A stretch of DNA of 64,000 nt from Malacoraja senta (GCA_038087875.1 CM075982.1:33356001-33420000), one strand, 5' to 3'. Counted from the stretch's first letter, positions 24,170 through 36,274 are shown. Made by a program: numbers and translations. The notes: a model not told the origin generated them from the letters alone.

Positions 24170-25549
24170 GATAACTCGAGGTAAAGGAACCGCTTGGAGG
24201 TAATGATCATAATATGATTAGTTTTAATCTGCAATTTGAGAAGGAGAACGTTAAATCGGAAGTGTCAGTGATGCAGTTGACAAAGGGGACTATGAAGGCA
24301 TGAGAGGGGAGCTGGCCAAGGTAGACTGGAAAGGGATCCTAGCAGGAATGACGGTGGAACGGCAATGGCAGGAATTTCTGGGCATAATCCGGAAAACGCA
24401 GGATCATTTCATTCCAAAAAGGAAGAAAGATTCTAAGGGGAGTAGGAGGCAACCGTGGCTGACAAGGGAAGTTAGGGATAGAATAAAACTAAAAGAAAAG
24501 ATGTATAACACAGCAAAGAGTAACCGGAAACCAGAGGATTGGGAAAATTTCATAGAACAACAGAAGGAAACAAAACGGGCAATACGGGCTGAAAAGATGA
24601 AGTACGAAGGGAAGCTGGCCAGGAATATAAAGAAGGACAGTAAAAGCTTCTTGAGATATGTTAAGGGAAAAAGAGTAGCAAAGTCAAATGTGGGTCCCTT
24701 GAAGGCAGACACGGGTGAAATTATTATGGGGAACAAGGAAATGGCAGAAGAGTTGAACAGGTACTTCGGATCTGTCTTCACTAAGGAAGACACAAACAAT
24801 CTCCCAGATGTACTGGAGGACAGATGATCTAACAGGGTAGAGGAACTGAAAGACATTTTCATTAGGCGAGAAATAGTATTGGGTAGGCTAATGGGTCTGA
24901 AGGATGATAAATCCCCTGGGCCTGATGGTGTGCATCCCAGGGTCCTCAGGGAGGTGACTCTAGAAATAGTGGACGCATTGGTGATCATTTTCCAATATTC
25001 AATAGATTCAGGATTAGTTCCTGTGGATTGGAGGATAGCTAATGTTATCCCACTTTTCAAGAAAGGAGCGAGAGGGAAAACGGGGAATTACAGACCAGTT
25101 CGCCTGACTTCGGTGGTGGGAAAGATGCTGGTGTCAATTAGTAAAGAGATAATAATGGGGCATTTGGATAGCAGTAAAAGGATTAGTCCATGTCAATATG
25201 GATTTATGAAAGGAAAATCATGCTTGACTAATCCTCTGGAATTTTTTGAGGATTCTTTGGTGGCAAAGCTAATGGAATGTTGGCCTTCATAACAAGAGGA
25301 TTTCAGTATAGGAGTAAAGAGGTTCTTCTGCAGTTGTATAGGACGCTGGTGAGACCACATCTGGGATATTGTGTACAGTTTTGGTCTTCTAATTTGAGGA
25401 AGGACATCCTTGTCATTGAGGCAGTGCAGCATAGGTTCACGAGATTGATCCCTGGGATGGCGGGACTGTCATATGAGGAAAGATTGAAAAGACTTGGCTT
25501 GTATTCACTGGAGTTTAGAAGGATGAGGGGGGAATCTTATAGAAACATA
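24170..25549 (+). mobile_element. CR1 ORF2 fragment, 5' part, interrupted by Helitron B
   Basis: ORFs 24300-24827, 24879-25292, 25277-25570; internal deletion near 25255; breaks off at ...CTTATAGAAACATA. Confidence 0.9.
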
Positions 25550-25939
25550 TCTATATTACTAAAAGTCTGATCTTGACCACCTCCTGTTGTTCTGGATATT
25601 GATTTTAGAAAAAACACTACCACTTACGGCTGTGATTTTTGGCCATCTTAGTCAGAGTACCCCTCCGCTGCGCAGGACAAGAGGATTTTCCCATCGATGA
25701 AAAATAAAAGAGTTATTAGTGTTTAAAAATGTTGAGATTCTCTCTCCTGAAGGCCACGCCCCTTCCGGAGGGACTATAAAACCAGCAAGTGTTGAGTGCC
25801 TCAGTCAGTCTCTGCAAGATGGGGGAGCGGGAGGGTCACGTCTCTCAGTCTGAGCTATGAATAACACTGAACACATGTCTACTAAACTGTGAGTGGTTTT
25901 ACTGACCTGTCAGTGCCCTTAATGTGGTTTGAAAATATA

Positions 25940-26322
25940 GTTTGGAAATGCTAAAGCTGTGTTGCCTTTGGTTTGGAAATGTTAAAGCTGTGTTACATTT
26001 GGTTTGGAAATGCTAAAGCTGTGTTGCCTTTGGTTTGGAAATGTTAAAGCTGTGTTGCCTTTGCTTTGGAAATGCTAAAGCTGTGTTGCCTTTGCTTTGG
26101 AAATGCTGAAGCTGTGTTGCCTAAAGTTGCCTAATTAAAGTTGCCTAGCCTAATTAAAGTTGCCTTGCCTAATTAAAGTTCCCTTGCCCAATTAAAGTCG
26201 CCTTGCTCAATTAAAGTTGCATTGCCCAATTAAAGTTGCCTTGCCTAATTAAAGTGGCCTTGCCTAATTAAAGTTGCCTTGCCAAATTAAAGTTGCCTTG
26301 CCTAATTAAAGTTGCCTTGCCT
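25940..26322. repeat. Two-tier minisatellite: about 6 x 31 bp, then about 10 x 19 bp
   Basis: TTTGGAAATGCTAAAGCTGTGTTGCCTTTGG units followed by TAATTAAAGTTGCCTTGCC units. Confidence 0.9.
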
Positions 26323-26659
26323 TCTATATAATTAAAAGACTAATCTTGACCCTCTTTGCGCTTTATATTGATTTTAGAAAAGTCGCGACCACCTACGGCT
26401 GTGATTTTTGGCCATCTTACTCAGAGTCCCCTCCTCTCATCAGGTGCCGAGGATTTTTCCCATCGAAGAAAAATAAAAGAGTTATTAGTGTTTAAATAAT
26501 GTTGAGATTCTCTCTCCTGTCAATCACGCCATGAAGGCCGCGCCCCTTCTGGTGGGAGGGGGGACGGACTATAAAACCCAGAAGTGTAGGCGTGGCTCAG
26601 TCTCTGCAAGGTGGAGGTCACGACTCGCTGTCTTTGGTGGCCTTGCACCCTGCTTGAAA

Positions 26660-29600
26660 ATCATTTTGGGGAAGGTGTGACTTGCACAAAAAGGACGGGT
26701 TGCACTTGAACCCGAGGGGGACCAATATCCTGGCGGGGAGATTTGCAAAGGCTACTGGGGAGACTTTAAACTAGAACGGTTGGGGGCAGGGACAAATAGA
26801 GAAAGCTAGTAGACAGCGTGTGAGGCAGGAGGCAGAGAAGGGAAGCACTCAGACCCAACATGCAGGGGAGATAGAAGAAAAGATAATAAACAGAGAATAA
26901 GAGATGGTGGGTTTCTTAAATGTGTGAGCAGAGAGACAGAGGGGTGTAAAATGAGGGTAGAAGCAATTGGTACAAAGGTGAAAAGTAAAAGTGGCAGGCA
27001 GACAAATCCAGGGCAAAAATCAAAAAGGGCCACTTTTCAACATAATTGTATAAGGGGTAAGAGTGTTGTAAAAACAAGCCTGAAGGCTTTGTGTCTCAAT
27101 GCAAGGAGCATTCGTAATAAGGTGGATGAGTTGAATGTGCAGATAGTTATTAATGAATATGATATAGTTGGGATCACGGAGACATGGCTCCAGGGTGACC
27201 AAGGCTGGGAGCTGAACATCCAGGGATATTCAATATTCAGGAGGGATAGACAGAAAGGAAAATGAGGTGGGATAGCGTTGCTGGTTAGAGAGGAGATTAA
27301 CGCAATAGAACTGAGGGACATTGGCTTGGAGGATGTGGAATCGATATGGGTAGAGCTGCGAAACACGAGGGGCTAGAGGGAGTTGTGTACAGGCCACCTA
27401 ACAGTAGTAGTGGAGTTGAGGATGGCATCAAACAGGAAATTAGAAATTAGGTAAAACAGTTATAATGGGTGACTTCAATCTACATATAGATTGGGTGAAT
27501 CAAATTGGCAGGGGTGCTGAGGAAAAGGATTTCTTGGAATGTATGCGGGATAGTTTTCTAAACCAACATGTAGAGGAACCAACGAGAGAACAGGCTATTC
27601 TAGACTGGGTATTGAGTAATGAGGAAGGGTTAGTTAGCAGTCTTGTTGTGCGTGGCCCCTTGGGCAAGAGTGACCATAATATGGTTGAGTTCTTCATTAG
27701 GATGGAGAGTGACATTGTTAATTCAGAAACAAGGGTTCTCAACATAAAGAAAGGTAACTTTGAGGGTATGAGACGTGAATTGGCCAAGATAGACAGGCAA
27801 TTGATTCTTAAAGGGTTGACGGTGGATATGCAATGGAAGGCATTTCAAGACTGCATGGATGAACTACAACAATTGTTCATCCCAATTGGGCAAAAGAATA
27901 AATCAGGGAAGGTAGTGCATCCTTGGATAACAAGGGAAATCAGGGATAGTATCAAAACAAAAGAGGAAGCATACAAATTAGCCAGAAAAAGCAGCCTACC
28001 AGAGGACTGGGAGAAATTCAGTCCAGCAGAGGAGGGCAAAGGGCTTAATTAGGAAAGGGAAAATAGATTATGAAAGAAAACTGGCAGGGAACATAAAAAC
28101 TGACTGCACAGGTTTTTATAGATATGTGAAGAGAAACAGATTAGTTAAAACAAATGTAGGTCCCTTGCAGTCAGAAACAGGTGAATTGATCATGGGGAAC
28201 AAGGACATGGCAGACCAATTGAATAACTACTTTTGTTCTGTCGTCACTGAGGAAGACATAAATAATCTGCCAGAAATAGCCGGGGACCGGGGGTCAAATG
28301 AGATGGAGGAACTAACTGAGTGAAATCCAGGTTAGCCGGGAAGTGGTGTTAGGTAAATTGAATGGATTAAAGGCCGATAACCCCCAGGGCCAGATAGGCT
28401 GCATCCCAGACTACTTAAGGAAGTAGCCCCAGAAATAGTGGACGCATTAGTGATAATTTATCAAAACTCTTTAGATTCTGGAGTAGTTCCTGAGGATTGG
28501 AGGGTAGCTAATGTAACCCCACTTTTTTTAAAAAGATAGGGAGAGAGAAAACGGGGAATTACAGACCAGTTAGTCCAACATCGGTAGTGGGGAAAATGCT
28601 AGTCAGTTATTAAAGATGGGATAGCAGCACATTTGGAAAGTGGCGAAATCATTGGACAAAGTCAGCATGGATTTATGAAAGGTAAATCTTGTCTGACGAA
28701 GCTTATAGAATTTTTCGAGGATGTAACTAGTAGAGTGGATAAGGGAGAACCAGTGGATGTGTTATATCTGGACTTCCAGAAGGCTTTCGACAAGGTCCCA
28801 CATACGAGATTAGTAGGCAACGTTAAAGCACACGGTATTGGGGGTTCAGTATTGATGTGGATAGAGAACTGGCTGGCAGACAGGAAGCAAAGAGTAGGAG
28901 TAAACGGGTCCTTTTCAGAATGGCAGGCAGTGCCTAGGGGGGTACCGCAAGTCTCAGTGCTGGGACCCCAGCTATTTACAATATATTTTAATGATCGGGA
29001 CGAGGGAATTGAATGCAACATCTCCAAGTTTGCGGATGACACGAAGCTGGCGGGCAGTGTTAGCTGTGAGGAGGATGCTAGGAGGCTGCAAGGTGACTTG
29101 GATAGGTTGGTTGAGTGGGCAAATGCATGGCAGATGCAGTATAATGTGGATAAATGTGAGGTTAGCCACTTTGGTGGCAAAAACAGGAACGTAGACTATT
29201 ATCTGAATGGTGGCCGATTAGGAAAAAGGGAGATGCTGCGAGACCTGGGTGTCATGGTACACCAGTCATTGAAAGTAGGCATGCAGGCGCAGCAGGCAGT
29301 GAAGAAAGTGAATTGTATGTTAGCATTTAGAGCAAAAGGAGCAGGGAGGTTTTATGCAGTTGTACAGGGTCTTGGTGAGACTACGCCTGGAGTATTGCGT
29401 ACAGTTTTGGTCTCCTAATCCGAGGAAAGACATTCTTACCATAATGGGAGTACAGTGAAGGTTCACCAGACTGATTCCTGGGATGTCAGGACTTTCATAT
29501 GAAGAAAGACTGGATAAACTCGACTTGTACTCGCTAGAATTTAGAACATTGAGGGGGGATCTTATAGGAACTTAAGGGATTGGACAGGCTAGATGCAGGA

Positions 29601-29840
29601 AGATTGTTCCCGATGTTGGGGAAGTCCAGAACAGAAGGTAGTTGAGGCCATTTCATTAGCTATATTTAAGATGGAGTTAGATGTGGCCCTTGTGGCTAAA
29701 GGGATCAGGGGGTATGGAGAGAAGGCAGGTACATGATACTGAGTTGGATGATCAGCCATGATCATATAGAATGGCGGTGCAGGCTCGAAGGGCCGAATGG
29801 CCTACTCCTCCACCTATTTTCTATGTTTCTGTTTCTATGT
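26660..29840 (+). mobile_element. 5'-truncated CR1 (ORF1 3' end, decayed ORF2, tail) nested in the Helitron B 48-bp array
   Basis: Starts in the esterase C-terminus (KKDGLHLN..GTNILAGRF). ORF2 fragments 26924-29418; CTATGTTT tail. The 48-bp unit is broken at GCTTGAAA| and resumes at |GTATGAAACTGC. Confidence 0.9.
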
Positions 29841-30288
29841 ATGAAACTGCACTTGAATTTGGTGGCCTTGCACACTGCTCGAAGTGGTAAGAAACTGCAC
29901 TTGAATTTGGTGGCCTTGCACCCTGCTTGAAATGGTATTTCAAGGTAAAACCGTGAGTCGACTGGCAGCCCACCAGCCGTGAGCGAGTGAGCTGCCAGCG
30001 CAACAGGATTCAGTGACTGAGCCGCCAGCCCAAGAATCCATTCGGCCCACAATGTATATACTAGCTCTCAGGAAACCTGACACTTCAACCCACAACACCC
30101 ATATATATACATATATATATCCCCTCCTCCTCTCTCCCCCTCCCCATCTCCCCCCTCCTCTCCCCCTCTACCCCCCTCCCTCTCCCCCTCTCGCTCCATC
30201 TCCCCCTCCCCCTCACTCCCCCCTCTCTCCCCCACCTCTCTCCCCCTCTCTCCCCACTCTCTCTCTCCATCATCTCTCCATCCCCCCT

Positions 30289-30687
30289 NNNNNNNNNNNN
30301 NNNNNNNNNNNNNNNNNNNNNNNNNNNNNNNNNNNNNNNNNNNNNNNNNNNNNNNNNNNNNNNNNNNNNNNNNNNNNNNNNNNNNNNNNNNNNNNNNNNN
30401 NNNNNNNNNNNNNNNNNNNNNNNNNNNNNNNNNNNNNNNNNNNNNNNNNNNNNNNNNNNNNNNNNNNNNNNNNNNNNNNNNNNNNNNNNNNNNNNNNNNN
30501 NNNNNNNNNNNNNNNNNNNNNNNNNNNNNNNNNNNNNNNNNNNNNNNNNNNNNNNNNNNNNNNNNNNNNNNNNNNNNNNNNNNNNNNNNNNNNNNNNNNN
30601 NNNNNNNNNNNNNNNNNNNNNNNNNNNNNNNNNNNNNNNNNNNNNNNNNNNNNNNNNNNNNNNNNNNNNNNNNNNNNNNNNNNNNNN
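30289..30687. other. Assembly gap (399 N) in a CT-rich tract inside Helitron B
   Basis: Run of N. Confidence 1.
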
Positions 30688-30866
30688 CCCCCGCTCTCCG
30701 TCTCTGCCCCCTGTCTCTCTGCCCTCTCTCTATATCCCCCCTACCTCTCCCTCTCTAAACGCACCGGCGAGTTCGGAGCTATGTGTGATGCCACGGGCCG
30801 CCCCCGCCCCCGCCCCCTCAACAGCGCATTGAGGGGACGGGACCCAACGGGTCCCACTTGGTCTAG

Positions 30867-31255
30867 TAACATTATAAAAGGACTGGGCAAGCTAGATGCA
30901 GGAAAAATGTTCCCAATGTTGTCCAGAACCAGAGGCCACAATCTTAGAATAAAGGGGAGCCCATTTAAGACTGAGGTGAGAAAACACATTTTCACCCAGA
31001 GAGTTGTGAATTTGTGGAATTCCCTGCCACAGAGGGCAGTGGAGGCCGTCACTGAATGGATTTAAGAGAGTCACTGGATGGATTTAAGAGAGAGTTAGAT
31101 GGGCTATGGGCTAGTGGAATCAAGGGATCTGGGGAGAAGGCAGGCACGGGTTATTGATTGGGGACGATCAGCCATGATCACAATGAATGGCGGTGCTGTC
31201 TCGAAGGGCCGAATGGCCTCCTCCTGCACCTATTTTCTATGTCTATGTTTCTATG
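30867..31255 (+). mobile_element. CR1 3' end, continuation of 24170-25549
   Basis: IIKGLGKLDAGKMFPML...FTQRVVNLWNSLP; CTATGT tail. Confidence 0.9.
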
Positions 31256-31419
31256 TGAGTGTATCTGTTCGCTCAGTATAAAATATATAAAATCCGAGTA
31301 CAATTTAACGTGAGAGTTGATGAAAAGTCCATGTGACTTGCACATAGATAACAGGCGGTTAACGAATACCACAAACAAGTAATAAAGCATGGGCCATTCG
31401 ATTAACAAGTACAAATGTT

Positions 31420-33360
31420 ATACAGCGTTCTGAAGGAGGTGGCTTCAGAGATTGTCGAAGCATTAGTTGTGATATTTCAAGAATCACTATAGTTGGGAGT
31501 GGTTTCTGAAGATTGGAATATCACGAATATCACCCGCTGTACAAGAAGGGAGCAAACTAGAAGAGCAGAAACTAGAGGCCGGTTATCCTGACTTCGGTGG
31601 TTGGTAAGATTTTAGAGACAATTATAAAGGATGAGGTCATACAGTACTTAGAAATTCATGATAAAATAGGCCGAAGTCAGCATGGTTTTGTGAAGGGATG
31701 ATCTTGACACACAGAAGGGAAGCTGTAGAAATTGTGTACCTAGATATTCAGAAGGCTTTCGACAAGGCGCCGCACGTTAGTCTGTTAGGGAAGATGAGAT
31801 CCCATTATATTAAAGGATATACTAGCATGAATAGCGGGTTGGCAGGATGGTAGAAGGCAAGGAGTTGCAATTAAAGGTGCTTTTTCAGGTTGGCTGCCAG
31901 TGACTGGTGGAGTTCCGCGACGGTAGGTGCTGGAGCCGCTTCTCGTTGTATATTAATGATTTCGATAAGGGGATTGATGGTTTTGTGGCCAAATTTGCAG
32001 ATGATGGAGGGGCAGGCATTGTAGAGGAATCAATGGCTCTGCAGAAGGACTTGGACAGGTTAGGAGAGCGGGCAGAGAAGTAGCAGAGGAAATTCAGGAA
32101 AGAAAAGAGCGGAATCATGCATTTTGGTGTTAGAATAATGGCGTAGATTATTTTGTAAATGGAGAGAGAGTGCAGAAATCGGAGGTGCAAAGGAACTTGT
32201 GAGTGCTGGTGCAGGACTCCCAAAAATTTACTTTGCAAGTCGAATCGGTAGTAAGGAAGGCACATTCGATGCGAACATTTGATATCAAGATGACTGATTT
32301 GATATACAAAGGCAGCTGTAATGCTGAGCCTCTGAAGGCGCTGGTCAGGCACATTTGGAAAACGGTGAGCAAATTTGCGCCCTATATTTGAGGAAGGCTG
32401 TGCTGGCTCTGGAGATGGTCCAGCGGAGGTTTCCAAGAATGATTCCACGAATAGGTGAGTTCGCCTATAATGAGAGTTTGGCAGCACTGGACTGTCACTG
32501 GAATTTAGAAGGTTGAGGGACGACCTCTTTGAAACTTACAGAATAATGAAAGACATAGATAGAATGGATGTGGAAAGAATGTTTCCACTGGTGGGAGAGT
32601 AGGACCAGAGGTCATAGCCTCAAAATTAAAGGGCGTTCTTTTAGTGAGGAGGAACTTCTTTCGTCATCCGTGGAACTCCTTGCCACAGAGGGCTGTGGAG
32701 TCCATGTCCAGTGGGCATTTTTAAGGCAGAGGTAGACAAATTTTGATTAGAATGGGTGTCAAGGGTTATGGGGAAAAGGCAGGAAAATGAGATTAGGAGG
32801 CAGAAATCAGACATGATTAAATGGCGGATTAGACTCGATGGGCCGAAAGTACTCATTTTATTCCGATAATTAATATCCTTAATTCCAGCGCACGGGTGTG
32901 TAACATGAAGATATACCAAGGTCTCTGCACCTGTGGATTGGAGGATAGCTAATGATACCCCACTTTTTAAGAAAGGAGAGAGAAAACAGGAAATTATAGG
33001 CCAGTCAGCCTGACATCAGTGGTGGGGAAGATGCTGGAGTCAATTAATAAAGATGTAATAGCGGCGCATTTGGATAGCAGTAACATGATCGGTCCAAGTC
33101 ACCATGGATTTATGAAGGGGAAGTCTTGCTTGAGTAATTTTCTGGAATTGTTTAAGGATGTACCAAGAAACATGGATAAGGGAGAGCCAGTGGATGTAGT
33201 GTATCTGGACTTTCGGAAAGCCGTTGACAAGGTCCTACACAGGAGATTAGTGGGCACAATTGGAACATATGGTATTGGGGGTAGTGTATTGACATGGAAA
33301 GAAAATTGGTTGGCAGACAGGAAACAAAGAGTAGGAATTAACGTGTCCCTTTCAGAATGA
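31420..33360 (+). mobile_element. Two decayed CR1 RT fragments (about 31420-32850 and about 32900-33360)
   Basis: QHGFVKG, QKAFDK, KFADD remnants; ORF 33019-33360 HHGFMKGKSCLSNFLE...YLDFRKA. Confidence 0.85.
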
Positions 33361-33696
33361 CACGCAATTTTCTATGTGGTTATGTATCTTGTTGTTTTTT
33401 TAATGAATGACTGTTGGCAAGTCAAATTCCCTGTATGTTTACATACTTGGCTAATAAATTAATTTCAATAAGAATTCAACGACATTTAATTTGCCGTCAG
33501 CAGATTCTAAAGCGCCGGAAATCAGTCTCCGCCCACATAGGTTTCATGGCCCCTCCCAGTCATTGCATTCCGGTTAATAAAGACAACCAGAGGCTCTGGT
33601 TTCCAGGCACTGGAACCCGTACGGCTCCCGGACTTTGCAGTACAACACGAGTGGGTCTGAAGATTGGCTTCTCGCTGTGTTCGCCTGTCCGGAAGA

Positions 33697-33745
33697 ATGG
33701 CCCCAGCGCTGCACCTTCTGTGGCCTCTGCTGCTGCTCCCAACAG
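33697..33745 (+). CDS. Ig light chain exon 1: leader peptide
   Basis: ATG...MAPALHLLWPLLLLPT(G), phase-1 donor G|GTGAGA. Hydrophobic signal peptide; phase matches the acceptor at 34140. Not in the supplied ORF track. Confidence 0.85.
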
Positions 33746-34140
33746 GTGAGACTCGGGTTGGTTCACGACTGATTATCTGCAACGAGGCTCGTTAAAATCT
33801 CCACCATCATCGGTGGTCTACGCGTGTTTAGCCTTCTGTGGGCTCCAGATCACCCAGTCGTTTCATCCGTTCATAAGTGATAGGCCATTCAATCACGGTT
33901 CATCTATCTCTTTCTCCTAACCCCATTCTCCTGCCTTCTCCGCATAACCCCTGTCACCCGTACGAAACACGGATCTATCTATCTCTGCCTTAGATACATC
34001 CTTTAACTTGGCCTATACCGCCGTCTATGGCAATTAATTCACCTCCCTTGGACTAAAGAAACTCTTCATCATCTCATTCCTAAAGGAATGTCGTTCATTT
34101 CTGAGGCTTTGATTAAGGTTTTCATTGTGTTTTGTTGAAG

Positions 34141-34500
34141 GTCTCCTGGCGATCCCAGTCCTGAATCAGACATCAACGTCCGGACTTGTCTCCGTGGCAC
34201 AGACCGCTCGCTTAGAGTGTCGGATGCAGAACGGAAATGTTGCAAGTTACCATGTACATTGGTATCGACAGCGTCCCGGGGAGAGACCAGAGTGGGTGAT
34301 AAAGTATGAAACGGATAATGATATATTCCGTGGCAGTGGGATCACAGACCGGTTCCAACCGTCCAGAGATACCTCCGCCAACAGCTACACCCTGACCATC
34401 GGCACCCTGGAGCCCGGAGACGCCGCCGCTTACTACTGTGTCGTGTGGGAAAAAGGTGTGGGATACATCTTCGGCCCAGGGACTATCCTGGATATAAATA
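34141..34500 (+). CDS. Ig light chain exon 2: germline-joined VJ (type I / NS5 / sigma-cart class)
   Basis: Acceptor TTGTTGAAG|GT. (G)LLA-IPVLNQT...LECRMQNGNVASYHVHWYRQ...YYC-VVWEKGVGYI-FGPGTILDIN. Donor A|GTAAGT. No RSS between V and J. Class assigned from recalled similarity to chondrichthyan type I L chains. Confidence 0.95.
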
Positions 34501-35059
34501 GTAAGTGACTCCCTCGTTCTGTTCCCATGAATTCCCTTTGCAGTCGTTCTCACTCCCCGGCGCTCGATGCATCCCCAGTCCGGGCACGCCGGACTTGTAT
34601 CTGCGCTCCGGAAAAACTTGCTCTACTCGGCGCGGGAGGCCATTCTGCCCATCGGGTCCGCGCCGTACGTCAGCGGTCGGGAGAGTATTCCCGCCCGCGG
34701 GGATTCCTGCATCGTTAACACAGTCGCAGTTCGCGACAATCAAACGCGTTAATGTTGGGGAAACAAGGAAGACAATTTGCAGGCATTGAGGAAAATACTG
34801 TGCATCGGGCTGGGCGAGTCGGTTAGAGAGTGTAATGGGAAAGGACGTGTTGGTGCGGGCTTGGGGTGTAATCCGGGATGATCTGGTCGCTTCCTCGTCT
34901 CTCCACCTCTCAATGGCTTGCGGAGCCGCGCTGCGTCCCACCGCTCCCCTTGCGTCACTTGACAGGGAATGTTGGATATCCGGAGGCCTCTCCGGTACCG
35001 GTACTTCCCGCCATAACTCCTTAAAGTAGGTGCGGCGCATTGGCTCACAGCGGTCGATA

Positions 35060-35220
35060 TGTTGCCTCACTGCGCCAGATTTCCCGGTTCGAGCCTGACC
35101 TCGGGTGCTGTCTGTGTGGAGTTTGTACGTTCTCCCTAGAACTAGTGTGAACGGGTGAAATGGTCAGTGTGGACTCGGTGGGCCGAAGGGCCAGTTTCCA
35201 TGCTGTATCTCCTAAAATAG
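35060..35220 (+). mobile_element. Internally deleted tRNA-derived SINE in the J-C intron
   Basis: B-box-like GGTTCGAGCC; GTGGAGTTTGTACGTTCTCCC core; GGTGGGCCGAAGGGCC...GCTGTATCTC tail. Confidence 0.7.
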
Positions 35221-35519
35221 CAACATTCGCAAATTCACATTCAAGCGAATTCCAGAGCTGGGGAATTATTGAACCCCGCATTGAAGTCGTCTCGACAGAG
35301 CGACGTAAAACCGAGCGGAGCCGGGTGGAGGGACGGGGCCGGGGCCGGTGCCGGGGTGATGTTACTCAAGTGGGTCTGGAGCTCTCGGCCTGATGTTGGC
35401 TGCAAGGCGGCAGCTGCGATTAACCTGGGCCAGTCTTCATTAGCCGGCTTAGACCTGCTGGGTTGAATAGCCGCGTCGTTTACCGCAGGTTTCACGAATT
35501 GTTCGCGTCATCGACGGTC

Positions 35520-35825
35520 TTTTAGTTTTAGTTCTAGTTTTAGAGATATAGCGCGAAAACAGGCTCTTCGGCCCACCGAGTCCACATTGACCAAAGATCC
35601 CCGCAAACGAACACTACCCTACAAACACCAGGGACAATTTTACATTGATACAACTGTACATCTTGGGAGTGTGGGAGGAAACAGAAGATCTCGTAGAAAA
35701 CCAACACACGTCATGGTGATAAACGTACAAACTCCGTACAGACATGCACCTATATTTAGTATCCGACCCGGCTCTCTGGCGCTGCAAGACAATTGCTCTA
35801 CCGCTGCACCACCGCGCCGCCCAGT
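35520..35825 (-). mobile_element. Near full-length tRNA-derived SINE (HE1/V-SINE-like) in the J-C intron
   Basis: Same head, core and tail as 61520-61830 and 22400-22540; (CTAAA)n-type tail. Confidence 0.75.
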
Positions 35826-35945
35826 CTGTAACACTTTCCGTGGCCGAGTTCGTTTCTCTCGCGTTGGGGTCAGCGTCTGGCGCTGCCGACGGTCTCCATC
35901 AACTAATAATGTTTCTCTTCTCCTCCGCCTCTCTCCCCCACACAG

Positions 35946-36274
35946 GTAGCGAGTCTCGGAAACCCTCGCTTCTCCTGCTCCCTCCGTCCCCGGAGGAAAC
36001 TGGCACGGGCTCGGCCACACTCAGCTGCCTGGTGAGCGGCTTTAAGCCGGGCTTCGTGGCGCTGCGCTGGGCCGTGGACGGCGTGGAGACGGAGAGCGGG
36101 GTGACGACGGGCGCCGTGTCCCCGGACGCCGAGCAGACGTACAGGCTGAGCAGTTACCTGCGGGTTCCCGCCGCCGCTTGGGACAAGGGCACGAGCTATT
36201 CCTGCAGCGTAGGCCATAGCTCGCTGAGCTCGCCTCTGCGCCACACCATCTCGTCGTCCGCCTGCGCGAACTGA
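35946..36274 (+). CDS. Ig light chain exon 3: constant domain (spliced product 245 aa)
   Basis: Polypyrimidine tract, then CACAG|GT. (S)SESRKPSLLLLPPS...ATLSCLVSGFKPG..LRWAVDG...YSCSVGH...SSACAN-stop. Both domain Cys, Trp and a C-terminal interchain Cys present; phase 1 matches the J donor. Confidence 0.95.

Larger units (their letters stand above)
25550..30866 (+). mobile_element. Non-autonomous Helitron copy B with canonical termini
   Basis: 5' A|TCTATATTACTAAAAG. 3' hairpin GGGACCC-AAC-GGGTCCC (30839-30855), then CTAG (30863-30866)|T. No TSD. Flanks rejoin into continuous CR1 sequence AGAAACATA|TAACATTATAAAAGG. Confidence 0.85.

Noticed and set aside
30013-31065. 350-aa proline-rich ORF (also the X-containing ORFs at 8635-9186)
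   Set aside because: They run through N gaps and simple repeats.
34434-34440. Cryptic RSS heptamer TACTGTG at the end of V FR3
   Set aside because: Forced by the Tyr-Cys-Val codons; no nonamer at 12- or 23-bp spacing.
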